Shown: positions 41,106 through 51,264 of the stretch, one piece after another
Numbering within the stretch: position 1 is the first letter of the stretch
Layout: each line of letters begins with the position of its first letter
From: an uncultured delta proteobacterium
GTDB lineage: Bacteria > Desulfobacterota > Binatia > UBA9968
Length of the DNA stretch: 64,000 nucleotides
Assembly: GCA_963728565.1 (NCBI GenBank)
Contig: CAVSLC010000010.1
Coordinates: forward strand, 64,001 to 128,000
Direction of reading: 5' to 3'
The notes under the pieces: generated by a model
Databases searched by the model: none
What the model saw: only the letters and a program-made list of their open reading frames with translations
Told to the model about the DNA's origin: nothing
Translations under genes and position numbers: made by a program

Positions 41106-42059
41106 CTAGAGCCGCGGCAGAATCTTGCGCTCGTAGAATTGAAAAAAGCCTTCCTGATCAGCACCGACTTGATGGACAAAAACATGATCGTAACCCGCCC
41201 GCTCATACTCCTGAATCGCTTCCCAGTGACGTTCGGGATCGGGTCCGCAGATGACGGTTTTTGCCACTTCGGTCTTATCGATCATCGTGGCTGCTTGTTC
41301 GAAATAATTCGGCAGCGCCAACTCAGACATTAACGGCCCGCTCAGTCCTGAAATCGGCCACTGCTTGTAGGCGGTCGCCTCAGCTTGACTTTGGTTTTCG
41401 GCCCAGCAGACGGTGAGCTCGCCGTATCGTGGGTTTCCGCTGCCGCCCGAGCGATTGAAAGCATCGATGACCGCCGCGTCGGCGGTAGTGCCGACAAAAC
41501 CATCGCCGATTTCTGCCGCCAGCTTGGCCGCGTTTGAGCCACTGCCGGCCAATGCGATTGGCGGCAGCTCGTCCGGTAAGGTATAGAGGCGCGCGTTCTC
41601 TACTTGGTAATACGCGCCGGAGAAATTTTCCTGCTTGCCGCTCCAAAGCAAGCGGATGATTTCCACGGCTTCCTTAAGCATGGCATGGCGAATGCGCACC
41701 GGCGGCCACCGATCCCCGAAAATATGTTCATTGAGATTCTCGCCGGCTCCCAGACCAAGGATGAAGCGCCCCGGCATCATGGAAGCGGCGGTAGCCGCCG
41801 CTTGCGCAATGATGCCGGGATGTATTCTGATGGTCGGACAAGTCACCGCGGTGCCAAGCAGCAGTTTGCTGGTCGTTTGAGCGATGGCACCAATCACCGG
41901 CCATACGAAAGGGCTCTGACCTTGCGCATCGATCCATGGGTGAAAGTGATCGGAGATCATTGCGAAGCTGAATCCGCATTGTTCTGCTCGCCGTGCTTGA
42001 GCGACTAGATCCTGTGGCCGATGCTCCTCGCTCGACAGCTTGTATCCGATTTTGAGCAT
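41106..42059 (-). CDS. LLM-class F420-dependent oxidoreductase, G6PDH family (TIGR03557-like)
   Basis: LSSEEH, SDHFHPW, AVTCPT and GAGENLNEH. Confidence 0.88.
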   Translation of the reverse strand: MLKIGYKLSSEEHRPQDLVAQARRAEQCGFSFAMISDHFHPWIDAQGQSPFVWPVIGAIAQTTSKLLLGTAVTCPTIRIHPGIIAQAAATAASMMPGRFILGLGAGENLNEHIFGDRWPPVRIRHAMLKEAVEIIRLLWSGKQENFSGAYYQVENARLYTLPDELPPIALAGSGSNAAKLAAEIGDGFVGTTADAAVIDAFNRSGGSGNPRYGELTVCWAENQSQAEATAYKQWPISGLSGPLMSELALPNYFEQAATMIDKTEVAKTVICGPDPERHWEAIQEYERAGYDHVFVHQVGADQEGFFQFYERKILPRL

Positions 42060-42137
42060 GCAATATTATCCGTTGGCCTGCCGGAGAAACGACTTGATGG
42101 AGGCCTGATTGAAAGCTATGCGCGTTGAACGTTAGAA

Positions 42138-42191
42138 GTTCAAGGCTCAAACGTCAGCCTTTTACAGGCCGCCACCGCTGGAGCCTTGAAC
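42138..42191. repeat. 11-bp perfect inverted repeat (intergenic hairpin)
   Basis: GTTCAAGGCTC ... GAGCCTTGAAC with a 32-nt spacer. Confidence 0.5.
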
Positions 42192-42231
42192 CCGAACGCC
42201 GAACGATGAAGGGGTTAACGGTTGGCCGCGA

Positions 42232-42492
42232 TTAAACAGTGCGCCGTCGCCCGATTACGGCGCGATAGATCGCCAGCAAAATGATCGCGCCGATCACCGC
42301 CATGATGAAGCCGGCTGGCTCCCCTTCTTGATAAAACCCGAGAGCGCGCCCGACGAAGCCGCCCAGCAAGGCGCCGGCGATGCCTAGCAGAATTGTAACG
42401 ATAAATCCTCCGGGGTCGCGCCCCGGCATCAAGAACTTGCCGACGATTCCGACAATCAGTCCGAAGATAATCCATCCAATCCATCCAAGCAT
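42232..42492 (-). CDS. GlsB/YeaQ/YmgE family stress-response membrane protein
   Basis: WIIFGLIVG...MPGRDPGG...LGIAGALLGG. Confidence 0.93.
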   Translation of the reverse strand: MLGWIGWIIFGLIVGIVGKFLMPGRDPGGFIVTILLGIAGALLGGFVGRALGFYQEGEPAGFIMAVIGAIILLAIYRAVIGRRRTV

Positions 42493-42537
42493 AGTAGTTC
42501 CTTTCTTCTGTTGAGTTTGTCTAGCCGATTGAATAGC

Positions 42538-43092
42538 TCAATGTTTATCTTGCTCCGTGCCCAATTCCTGTAACAAGGTGACGAGGTCGTCAGCGTGCTC
42601 TTCTTCCACCGCCAGGATTTCTTCCATCAAACGACGGCTGGTGGAGTCATTTTCGCCGAGATAATGCGCCATCTCCCGATAGCTGTCGATGGCAATGCGC
42701 TCGGCCACCAGATCCTCTTTAATCATGTCGAGGAGGGTTTCGCCTTCGACATACTCTGCGTGACTGCGGGTCATCAAGCCGTCGGGCGATAAGTCAGGAG
42801 CGCCGCCGAGCTGAACGATACGCTGGGCGATTTGATCGGCATGTCCCTGTTCTTGGTTGGCGTGCTCGAGAAACTCCTGAGCCACTGCCTGAGCATGGAT
42901 TCCCGAAGCCATGTAGTAGTGTCGCTTGTAGCGCAGTGTGCACACGATCTCCGTCGCCAGCGCTTCATTGAGTAGTTTAACCACGGTATCGCGGTCGGCT
43001 TTGTAACCCGGCGTGATGGCGCCTTGTTCGATATGTTGACGCGCCCGCTCTCGGAGCGTCTTGATATCGGTTAAAAAAGGCTTATCAGCCAT
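42538..43092 (-). CDS. Ferritin-like/bacterioferritin-related protein
   Basis: LNEALATE, EQGHAD, EDLVAERIAIDSY and EEEHADD di-iron motifs; AGGAGG RBS. Confidence 0.9.
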   Translation of the reverse strand: MADKPFLTDIKTLRERARQHIEQGAITPGYKADRDTVVKLLNEALATEIVCTLRYKRHYYMASGIHAQAVAQEFLEHANQEQGHADQIAQRIVQLGGAPDLSPDGLMTRSHAEYVEGETLLDMIKEDLVAERIAIDSYREMAHYLGENDSTSRRLMEEILAVEEEHADDLVTLLQELGTEQDKH

Positions 43093-43218
43093 AACTCCTC
43101 CTTTCACAGTGAACTCATCACCGCTTATAGCCAGATTGTCGGCGGCGGCGCAAGTCGGATAATTGTTCGCTTTGGGCTCTATTATCGGCGGCAGTGCCAG
43201 CCCAATACGGCCTCTATG

Positions 43219-43845
43219 TTAAGCTCGCCGCCTGGAGCGGTTTCCTGATTTCTTAGTTGCCTTGCGCCCGCTGCTCTTTTTCGTGCTGCCGGTTTTACGC
43301 GCCGCAGTCTTGCTGCTTGCGGACTTTTTGCTGGCAGCCTTGCGCGCGCTGGATTTGGAGGCAGCGCTTTTGCGGCCGGCCGGGGCATTTGATGCCTTTT
43401 TAGTTGCCCGACCGCTGTTCTGCATTTGCTGCTTTCGTTGCGCCATCTGCTGACCCAGCGAGTTCAGGTCGAGCTGGCTCTCCTCAACCTTGGGCAGCAT
43501 CTCGTTCTCTTCTTCCTCAACGTGGTGCTGTACATTCTCCATTAGCTGGGAGAATTGCGATTCAAATTCTTGATTCGCTTCTTCCATCCGTTTAAGCTCG
43601 CTGATCAGTTGTTTGACGGTTTGGTGCTCCTCGATCGCCTCCTGGACCATCGAGCCGTCGTCGACTTCGGTTTTCACCGCAGGGTAGAAGATTTCCTCCT
43701 CGAGAGCGGCGTGAACTTCGAGCTCAGCCATGGCATTCTCAGCCAAGCGCCGCTTGGCTTGCGCGCCTTTCGTCTGCTCAAATTTTTTGAATAACCCTTC
43801 GACTTTTTTGTGGTCCTGACGGATCATCTGTGTTGCATTAGGCAT
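43219..43845 (-). CDS. Hemerythrin-domain protein with a basic histone-like tail
   Basis: QDH, HAALEEEIFYP, EEH and HHVEEEE; about 60-aa K/A/S/R-rich tail. Confidence 0.9.
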   Translation of the reverse strand: MPNATQMIRQDHKKVEGLFKKFEQTKGAQAKRRLAENAMAELEVHAALEEEIFYPAVKTEVDDGSMVQEAIEEHQTVKQLISELKRMEEANQEFESQFSQLMENVQHHVEEEENEMLPKVEESQLDLNSLGQQMAQRKQQMQNSGRATKKASNAPAGRKSAASKSSARKAASKKSASSKTAARKTGSTKKSSGRKATKKSGNRSRRRA

Positions 43846-43881
43846 AATTGGCTCCTCCATCGTTTGGTGAAATTGGTTGCT

Positions 43882-44988
43882 TTACTGCGATGCGCCCTGT
43901 ACGTGTACCAGCTCGGGTTTGTCTACCGGCGGCCGGGTTATTTCTTGTTCCATTCCCGGTCTCTGCCGTTTGCTATAGGGTTCCAGTTGTACGACGCTGC
44001 CGATTTCCGCCGAACCGTAGAGTGCGCGGATAACGCGCACATCGGCCAATCCTTCCGCTCCGGATGGTTCCGGATCGACATTATCGATAATGCAGTTGGA
44101 AAAATAGATTAGCTCCGGGGCAAATTGATCCCGGCTGGAAAAAGTCCGTTCGCGGGTTTTGCCTTTAACCGTGAGGCGGTGCTTGAGCTCTCCAACATAC
44201 TCATAAGCCGGCTCAACGCGCAGGCTACCCTCGGTGCCGACCAGCTCATAGGCCGATACATCCGCGGCTCCAAAGCTGCAGGTGAATGATGCTAATCGCT
44301 CTTCGGGAAAACGCAAAACGGCGCCGGTCATCTCATCGACTTCCCCGAAGCGCGGGTCTTTACCGCTGATGCTGAACGCGTGGACTTCCGACGGCTCGGC
44401 CTGAAACAGGGAGCGCGCCGCATTGATGCAGTACACGCCGATATCGTAGAGCGTGCCGCCGCCGAGCTCTCGTTTCAGCCGAATGTTATCTTCCTTCACT
44501 TGCATCGCAAACACCGAAGAGAAGAATCGCGGCTCACCGAGTTTGCCGGAACGCGCAATCTCGACCGCTTCAAGGTTGGCCTTCTCGAAATGAAGCCGAT
44601 AGGCAATCATCAGCTTCACTCCGCCGTTTTGGGCGGCCGAAATCATCTTCTCGCAGTCATCTTCAGTCACCGCCATCGGCTTTTCACAGAGAACATGAAT
44701 GCCGGCTCGGGCGGCGCGCACGGTAAAGTCACGGTGGAGGTTATTAGGCAGCGCGATATAGACGGCATCGACAGCGCCGCTGCTCAGGCACTTGTCATAC
44801 TCCTCATACGAATAAGTATGTTGGACTTTGTATTTACTGCGGAGTTTCTCATGCTTGGCCGGATCATCCGACACCAAGGCGGTGAGCTGGGAATTCTGAC
44901 GGGCGTGAGCGAATGCAGGCAAGACGGCAACTTGCGCGATGTGCCCGAGGCCGACCACGGCATATCTGATTTTAGCTCGTTCAACCAT
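43882..44988 (-). CDS. Gfo/Idh/MocA oxidoreductase (glucose-fructose oxidoreductase-like)
   Basis: YAVVGLG, ALPNNLH, CEKPMA, AYRLH and DIGVY. Confidence 0.9.
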   Translation of the reverse strand: MVERAKIRYAVVGLGHIAQVAVLPAFAHARQNSQLTALVSDDPAKHEKLRSKYKVQHTYSYEEYDKCLSSGAVDAVYIALPNNLHRDFTVRAARAGIHVLCEKPMAVTEDDCEKMISAAQNGGVKLMIAYRLHFEKANLEAVEIARSGKLGEPRFFSSVFAMQVKEDNIRLKRELGGGTLYDIGVYCINAARSLFQAEPSEVHAFSISGKDPRFGEVDEMTGAVLRFPEERLASFTCSFGAADVSAYELVGTEGSLRVEPAYEYVGELKHRLTVKGKTRERTFSSRDQFAPELIYFSNCIIDNVDPEPSGAEGLADVRVIRALYGSAEIGSVVQLEPYSKRQRPGMEQEITRPPVDKPELVHVQGASQ

Positions 44989-45364
44989 GGTGCTGCCGGC
45001 TTGGAAGAACGGTTGCGGTGCGGCCACTTGGTTTTACTTCAATTTGATCGTTCACCGTCAATCCTGAATCGACGCTCTTGGCCAGATCGATTGCTTTGGA
45101 ACGCAACTCCTCAGATTCTACTGACCCTGAGAGAGTAATCTCGCTGTTAGTCGAATCGGCGCTGACGCCGAGCTCCGCCGATCTCAACTGTTCGTCGGCT
45201 TTGAACTTCGCTTTAACTGCACTCTCGAGGTCCGCATTGCTTCGCGCCATGGCTGTCGTTTCGCTGAGCGAGGGTGCTTGGTTGTCGGAATTACCGGATC
45301 TGTTGCAGGCAACCGCTGCGATGGCCAGCAGGAACACAACCACTGCCAGTAATTTCTGGATCAT
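44981..45364 (-). CDS. BON-domain lipoprotein
   Basis: Lipobox AVAC; ITLSGSV...VNDQIEV. Confidence 0.85.
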   Translation of the reverse strand: MIQKLLAVVVFLLAIAAVACNRSGNSDNQAPSLSETTAMARSNADLESAVKAKFKADEQLRSAELGVSADSTNSEITLSGSVESEELRSKAIDLAKSVDSGLTVNDQIEVKPSGRTATVLPSRQHHG

Positions 45365-45402
45365 GAAACGCTCCGGGATCTCTCGTAATTTAGAATGATA
45401 GG

Positions 45403-45418
45403 GGCAAAAAATATGCCA
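45403..45418 (-). promoter_or_regulatory. Sigma-54 -24/-12 promoter
   Basis: Minus strand TGGCATATTTTTTGCC, about 39 nt upstream of the BON gene ATG. Confidence 0.75.
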
Positions 45419-45606
45419 CGAAGCGGGTGTTTTCACCCTCGATGTTTGCCCCACGTTATCCTTGAGTGTCGCGCCAGCGCGGATTTCTCGTCCCAAAGCC
45501 GGTACGAGCGCACGAAGCTCGCATGCAGAACTGGGACGACAATCGTTGGTCAAGGATCATGGATGCGCATGAGTGCGCCCAGCGCAACCGGGCGATCTGC
45601 GGTGAG

Positions 45607-46341
45607 CTATTCTTTTCGATCAATGTCGATGCAGGCATGCAGCGGCAGATGATCTGATGCGACGCGAGTTAGCGGAGTGATGCAGCGGCGCACGCTGATC
45701 AGCGCTCGCTGCGGTTTGACCCAGATTCTATCGAGCGAAAAGATCGGCGCAGGCGAGGGGAAGGTTCGTAAGGCGGGTGCTCTGCCGAACTCTTCATTGA
45801 AGCGGAGAATGGGAAAGCCCCAGGGGAACCACTCATTGAAATCGAGCAGGACGATCACCGGCGTGGTGGCTTCTTTAGCGATACCGCCCAGGAGACGTTT
45901 GGTTTGGTAGATGCGCTCGCGTACCCGCAACCCCAGGTGAGAAACAATCACCCGCAGTACGCCATTGCCGGTATCGATATCGACGTCGATGGCGCCGCGC
46001 GCTTCTCTCCCGGGAACGCTCAAGTCGAGACGACGCGCGTTGATCACCGGATGACGCGACAGCAGTACGTTGCCGTACTCGCCGTTAGCTCGGGCGATCA
46101 TCGGTCCGGCGATGGCGATCCGTCCTGTAGCTTCGGCCAGATACTGCATCTGGTGCGACTCCCCGGTGCCATTGTTTTCAGAGTGGACTTCCTGCAGGCC
46201 GATCACATCGGCATCGAGTTCATTAAGAACTTGAGCAATCCTTGCCGGGCTGCGCTGGCGATCGATGCCGACGCACTGATGGATGTTGTAGCTAACCGCG
46301 GAAAATAGCGTGCTCGTTTCTTTGACTTTGTGCAGTTTCAA
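45607..46341 (-). CDS. Endonuclease/exonuclease/phosphatase family protein
   Basis: SYNIH, LQEV, DFNEW, LDRIW and SDHLP. Confidence 0.92.
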   Translation of the reverse strand: MKLHKVKETSTLFSAVSYNIHQCVGIDRQRSPARIAQVLNELDADVIGLQEVHSENNGTGESHQMQYLAEATGRIAIAGPMIARANGEYGNVLLSRHPVINARRLDLSVPGREARGAIDVDIDTGNGVLRVIVSHLGLRVRERIYQTKRLLGGIAKEATTPVIVLLDFNEWFPWGFPILRFNEEFGRAPALRTFPSPAPIFSLDRIWVKPQRALISVRRCITPLTRVASDHLPLHACIDIDRKE

Positions 46342-46484
46342 CGGTGATCGAACCGACAGTTTAGAGCCAGCCCTCCGCGCAGTGACTGTCCGTGGGTGTC
46401 AGAATCAGACAAGCCAGATCCTTACAACTGCATCAAACCAACGAGAAATGGTAGCAGTACGCTCGCAAATGGCAAGGCGCCTCG

Positions 46485-46766
46485 TCAGCGGGTGAGATAA
46501 TCACTGAGAGTGAAGGTGATAAAATGCAGCAACCATATGAGGCCGGCTCCGGCAAATACACGGGCCAGAAAAGTGCTGTGTCTAAGATGCATGAAGTAGA
46601 TCATCACCAGCGCCGCTTTGGTCATGGCGATGGCCAGTGCAGCCGGCGTGTTAAGCGGCCCCAGATTGATGAAGGCCATTCCCGTGGTGATGAGGGTAAG
46701 AAGCAGGAGCGCGCCGAATACCAGGAGATAAGTTTTTCTTTGTGCTGCTGCGGCGTGCGGGTCCAT
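46485..46766 (-). CDS. ctaF: Cytochrome c oxidase subunit IV
   Basis: Three TM helices; KAALVMIYFMHL. Confidence 0.88.
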   Translation of the reverse strand: MDPHAAAAQRKTYLLVFGALLLLTLITTGMAFINLGPLNTPAALAIAMTKAALVMIYFMHLRHSTFLARVFAGAGLIWLLHFITFTLSDYLTR

Positions 46767-47413
46767 CAGTGCCGTCCAATCAGGTAAAGCAGGGGGAAGA
46801 GAAAAATCCATACGATATCAACGAAATGCCAGTAGAGGCCGACCATTTCCACGGGAGTATAATAGCTCGCGGAAAATTCTCCGCGCCAGGCGCGCAGTGC
46901 CGTCCAGATAATCAGCCCGGCGCCGATCACCATGTGAAGAGCATGCATGCCGGTCATAGCGAAATAGAGCGAGAAAAAAATCGCCGCGTGACGCGGATCG
47001 GCATCACTAAATTGAAAACCGGGGCCGGGAACCAGGTGCTCATGGAATTTGTGCTGGTACTCAACACCCTTGATGCCGAGGAAAACCAGACCCAGCGCTA
47101 ACGTTGCCGCAAGAAAGAGGATCTGGCCGCGCCGCCGGCCCAGCTGCGCGCTGTAAACCGCCAGGACCATTGTCAGGCTGCTGCCGATCAAAACTCCTGT
47201 GTTGATCGTGCCAAGAGTAACATCAAGATGGTGGCTGGCGGCGGCGAACGCCTGCGGAAAGGACAGGCGATAGACGATGTAAGCGACAAACAAGCCGCCA
47301 AAAAAAAGAACTTCGGTAGCCAGAAACGTCCACATGCCGAGGGTGGACGCTTCGACCTGCTGCTCGGGATCGTCGAATTGATGCGCCAGCGCGGCGCCAT
47401 GTATCTCAGCCAA
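46766..47413 (-). CDS. ctaE: Cytochrome c oxidase subunit III
   Basis: [16 protein letters not shown] and YWHFVD; TTG start with GAGGAG RBS. Confidence 0.93.
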   Translation of the reverse strand: MAEIHGAALAHQFDDPEQQVEASTLGMWTFLATEVLFFGGLFVAYIVYRLSFPQAFAAASHHLDVTLGTINTGVLIGSSLTMVLAVYSAQLGRRRGQILFLAATLALGLVFLGIKGVEYQHKFHEHLVPGPGFQFSDADPRHAAIFFSLYFAMTGMHALHMVIGAGLIIWTALRAWRGEFSASYYTPVEMVGLYWHFVDIVWIFLFPLLYLIGRH

Positions 47414-49044
47414 CTTTCTGCTCCTCCTCGTAGGCGTACGCCGGTTGCGATACTCGCGGCTTATAGTCGAAGTTATCGGTTGGCGGCGGCGAAGCTGTGG
47501 TCCACTCCAAGCCTCTGGCGTCCCAAGGATTGGCGCCGGCGTACGGGCCATAGCGCATCGACCAGAAGAAATAGATCAACGGAATCAGGTAGCCCACGCC
47601 GAGGATCGAAGCGCCGGCCGATGACATGACGTTAAGCACTTGAAACTCGTCAGGATAGGCGGCATAGCGCCGCGGCATGCCGAGATAACCTAAAATAAAT
47701 TGCGGAAAAAACGTCAGGTTAAAGCCGACGAAGATAACCAGGGCGGAGAAGCGCGCCCATCCTTCCGGATAGAGCCTGCCGGTGATCTTCGGCCACCAGA
47801 AATGGAGGCCGCCGAGATACCCCATAATAGCTCCGCCGACCATGATGTAATGAAAGTGAGCGACTATGAAATAGGTATCATGCACATGCACGTCGATCGG
47901 CAGAGTAGCAACGAAGATCCCGGTCAACCCGCCAATTGTGAACAGACCGATAAATCCGAGCGCATAAAACAATGGCGTGCGATAAACGATCGAGCCTTTG
48001 TAAAGCGTCGCTGTCCAATTAAATACCTTGATCGCCGACGGAATTGCCACCAGCATACTGAGAAAGGAAAAGACCAACCCGGCGTAAACTGATTGGCTGC
48101 TGACGAACAGGTGGTGACCCCAGACAAAAAAGCCAAGGACTGCAATGGCAATGCTGGAGAAAGCGATAAACGTATAGCCAAAAATCCGCTTGCGCGAGAA
48201 GCACGGAACGATCTCGCTGACCACGCCCATGGCCGGCAGGATCATGATGTAAACCGCAGGATGGGAATAAAACCAAAATAGATGCTGGAACAGTACCGGA
48301 TCGCCGCCCTAAACGCGGATCGAAGATGCCTAAGTGAAACAACCGCTCCAGGGCAACCAGAACCAGGCTGATGGCCAAAACCGGAGTGCCCAGTACCATG
48401 ATCAGGCTGGTAGCATAGTGGGACCAAATGAAAAGCGGCAGGCGCAGCCAGGTCATTCCCGGCGCCCGCATTTTGTGAATCGTCACGATAAAGTTCAGGC
48501 CGGTCAGGATCGAGGAGAAGCCGGTAATGAAAGCTCCTGTCACGGTAAGAGCGACGTAACTATTAGCATAGGTGCTGCTGTACGGGGTGTAGAAGGTCCA
48601 GCCGGTATCGACTCCTCCCATGATGGCGGCCATCAACGTGAACAGACCGCCGATAATGAACACGTACCAACTCAAGAGATTCAACTTGGGGAACGCCAAA
48701 TCGCGCGCGCCGATCATCAACGGCACGAGAAAATTTCCCAGCACCGCGGGTATCGATGGAATCAGAAAAAAGAAGATCATCACCAATCCGTGCAGGGTGA
48801 AAAGCTTGTTGTAGGTTTCGGCTTCAAAAAGATCGGATTGCGGCGTGAGCAATTCCAGGCGAAACAGCACCGCCGCGGCGCCGCCCAGAAAAAAGAATAA
48901 AGTGATCGCAACCAGATACAGCAATGCGATGCGCTTGTGATCGACGGTCAATAGCCAGGAACGAACGCCGTAGTTGACGTTCAAGTAATGCCGTCGCGGC
49001 GGACGCGCCTGCGAGGCGACGGATCTTTCGGCTATCACACTCAT
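47406..49044 (-). CDS. ctaD: Cytochrome c oxidase subunit I (type A2), frameshifted in a G-run near 48308
   Basis: [31 protein letters not shown] and GMPRR. Confidence 0.96.
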
Positions 49045-49994
49045 GATGGGTTCTTTTCCTCCGGCGCTCTGCCGAGCGTCCTTAGATAAACGAGGATCTG
49101 ATGCAGCGCATCTTCGCTGATCTGGCCTTGATAGGTCGGCATAATCGGCCGGTATCCGGAGACGAGCTTGCTGTTGGGATTGAGGATTGATTCACGGATG
49201 TACGCCTCATCGGCCACCACAGACTCGCCCGAATCGAGTTTGACCCGACGGCCGAACAGGCCAGTCAACGCCGGGCCCTGCGCCGTGGATGTGGTCTGGT
49301 GACAGTTTTCACACCCGAGTTGCTGAAATAGCCGCTCGCCGCTGACCGCGATCGGTTCCTCACCAGCTTGCGAGGTAAGCCACTTCTGGTAGTCCACGGG
49401 CTTCATGGCGACCACTCTGCCGATCATTCCGGAATGTTGCGTGCCGCAGTATTCGGCGCAGAACAGGTGAAACTCGCCTTCCCGGTTGGCTTCGAACCAA
49501 GTCGTGGTATATCGGCCCGGAACGACGTCCATCTTGATGCGAAAGGCCGGCACGTAAAAACTATGGATGACATCTTCCGAGGCGAGGATAACTTTGACCG
49601 GCTGGCCCACCGGAATATGCATTTGATTTATTTCCCGGGCTCCGCTTGGGTGTTGAAGCTTCCACATCCACTGGCGTCCCACCGCGCGCAACTCCAGGGC
49701 GTCCTGCGGCGCTTGGGACATATGGACGAACAGGCTGGCGCCCCAGCCGAAACTGATCATGACCAGGATCAACGGGACAATCGACCAGAGAATTTCCAGG
49801 CGCATGTCGATGTGGATCGGCGGCGGCCGCTCGGTCGCGGAGCGGCGGCGATACTTAGCCGTAAAGTAAATCACCGTGCCGAATATGAGAGCGACGAAAA
49901 AAGTGGCCATCGCCACTAAGAAGAAATAGAGCGCATCGACTTGGCCGGCGAAGGTCGAGGCTGGCACCGGGAACAGCGGAAGGTCTTCGAACAC
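49041..49994 (-). CDS. ctaC: Cytochrome c oxidase subunit II with a fused cytochrome c (caa3 type)
   Basis: DVIHSF, CuA motif [12 protein letters not shown], and CENCH heme c site. Confidence 0.96.
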   Translation of the reverse strand: MFEDLPLFPVPASTFAGQVDALYFFLVAMATFFVALIFGTVIYFTAKYRRRSATERPPPIHIDMRLEILWSIVPLILVMISFGWGASLFVHMSQAPQDALELRAVGRQWMWKLQHPSGAREINQMHIPVGQPVKVILASEDVIHSFYVPAFRIKMDVVPGRYTTTWFEANREGEFHLFCAEYCGTQHSGMIGRVVAMKPVDYQKWLTSQAGEEPIAVSGERLFQQLGCENCHQTTSTAQGPALTGLFGRRVKLDSGESVVADEAYIRESILNPNSKLVSGYRPIMPTYQGQISEDALHQILVYLRTLGRAPEEKNPS

Positions 49995-49996
49995 CG

Positions 49997-50860
49997 CTAA
50001 GCCTCCGCTTCCTCGTGTGAGCCGCGCCGCTCGCGCCGCAGCATGGTGATGATAAAGGTTGCCATCGCCAGCACAGTTGACACTCCGGCCAGCCGTAGAG
50101 CAGCCATGATGACGAATCCATACTTTCCGGTGAGCGGATTATAGTGATAGCAGTAGAGCAGCAGTTGATCGATGGCGCTGCCGATGGTGCCGTCGCCCGC
50201 TTCCACCAATGCCAGACGGATGTCGCGCGTCGTATAGTCGATGCCGTAGAGCACCCGGGCTATATTTCCCTGCGGCGTAAGAACGAAAATCCCGGATGCG
50301 TGCACGTACTGCTGGCTGGCCTCGTCCCAGGCATAAGTAAATCCGGCGCTTCGGGTCACTTCTTCGATGGCGCTTTTCTCTCCGGTGAGAAAGTGCCAGC
50401 CGATCTCGCTGTCATCCCGGCCATAGCGATTGATGATCTCGAGTTGTTTTTTTTGCGCCATCTCCGGACCATCCCGCTCATCGATGCTGACCACGATCAC
50501 GTCGAAATCGCGGCCCGCATTGAGCGACAAAGGTTTGAGGCTCCGCACCAATCCCTCAAGCACCAGAGGACAGAGCATGGGGCAATCGAAATAAGAAAAA
50601 ACCAGCACTGCGGGTTTACCGGATAAAGCTGATTGCAGCGAAACCGACGCGCCGGTTTGATCGCGAAAGCCTGTTTCTAGCGGCAGCCGGGTGCCGAGCT
50701 TTTGTTCAATCCCGACGTTCTTAAAGATCTCCGGTTGATTGTGCGAGGAAATCGGCGCGACTTTGTCGTCATGCGGGCGCGCAGCTTCCGGCGCCACGAT
50801 GTGGGTCATGGCGAGCGCAAAAATCGCCGCCGAAAATCCCCTCCAAAGATCAGACTTCAC
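49997..50860 (-). CDS. SCO family copper chaperone
   Basis: CPMLC motif, conserved His (YVHAS), C-terminal TM helix. Confidence 0.92.
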   Translation of the reverse strand: MKSDLWRGFSAAIFALAMTHIVAPEAARPHDDKVAPISSHNQPEIFKNVGIEQKLGTRLPLETGFRDQTGASVSLQSALSGKPAVLVFSYFDCPMLCPLVLEGLVRSLKPLSLNAGRDFDVIVVSIDERDGPEMAQKKQLEIINRYGRDDSEIGWHFLTGEKSAIEEVTRSAGFTYAWDEASQQYVHASGIFVLTPQGNIARVLYGIDYTTRDIRLALVEAGDGTIGSAIDQLLLYCYHYNPLTGKYGFVIMAALRLAGVSTVLAMATFIITMLRRERRGSHEEAEA

Positions 50861-51264
50861 GGTTGCTCCTGTTTGCTTTGCGGCCTCTTTACCGGTGACT
50901 TTTGCGCCGGCAATCCGCGGCCGGCGAGAATTTCCATGGCACGTTCGATCGGTATCGCGGCAATGCCGGCCTCTCGATCGACCCAGCGGTAACTGTGCAA
51001 TTGCGCCTCTTCGGCGGCTCGTATCTCCTGATAATCACGGGAAGACGCCACCTGGAGGTCCGGCTCCGGCGACATATTGGGCGCGGGTACGCTGGGAGTG
51101 ACGACTCCTTGGCCGGGCAGCCGCCCACCGCTGAGAAACCACAACAGGGCGCCCATTGATACAAGAACCATCACCGCCAACACTGCCAGCCCGGCGCTGA
51201 ACCAGCGGACTCCACGCGGGCTGAAATCCTCGGTCTCGTACTTCACGTTATCGGCGTCAGCCAT
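50857..51264 (-). CDS. actG: Alternative complex III small subunit (ActG-like)
   Basis: Single TM helix; LHSYRWVDR...IPIERAM; lies between actF and the SCO gene. Confidence 0.7.
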   Translation of the reverse strand: MADADNVKYETEDFSPRGVRWFSAGLAVLAVMVLVSMGALLWFLSGGRLPGQGVVTPSVPAPNMSPEPDLQVASSRDYQEIRAAEEAQLHSYRWVDREAGIAAIPIERAMEILAGRGLPAQKSPVKRPQSKQEQP

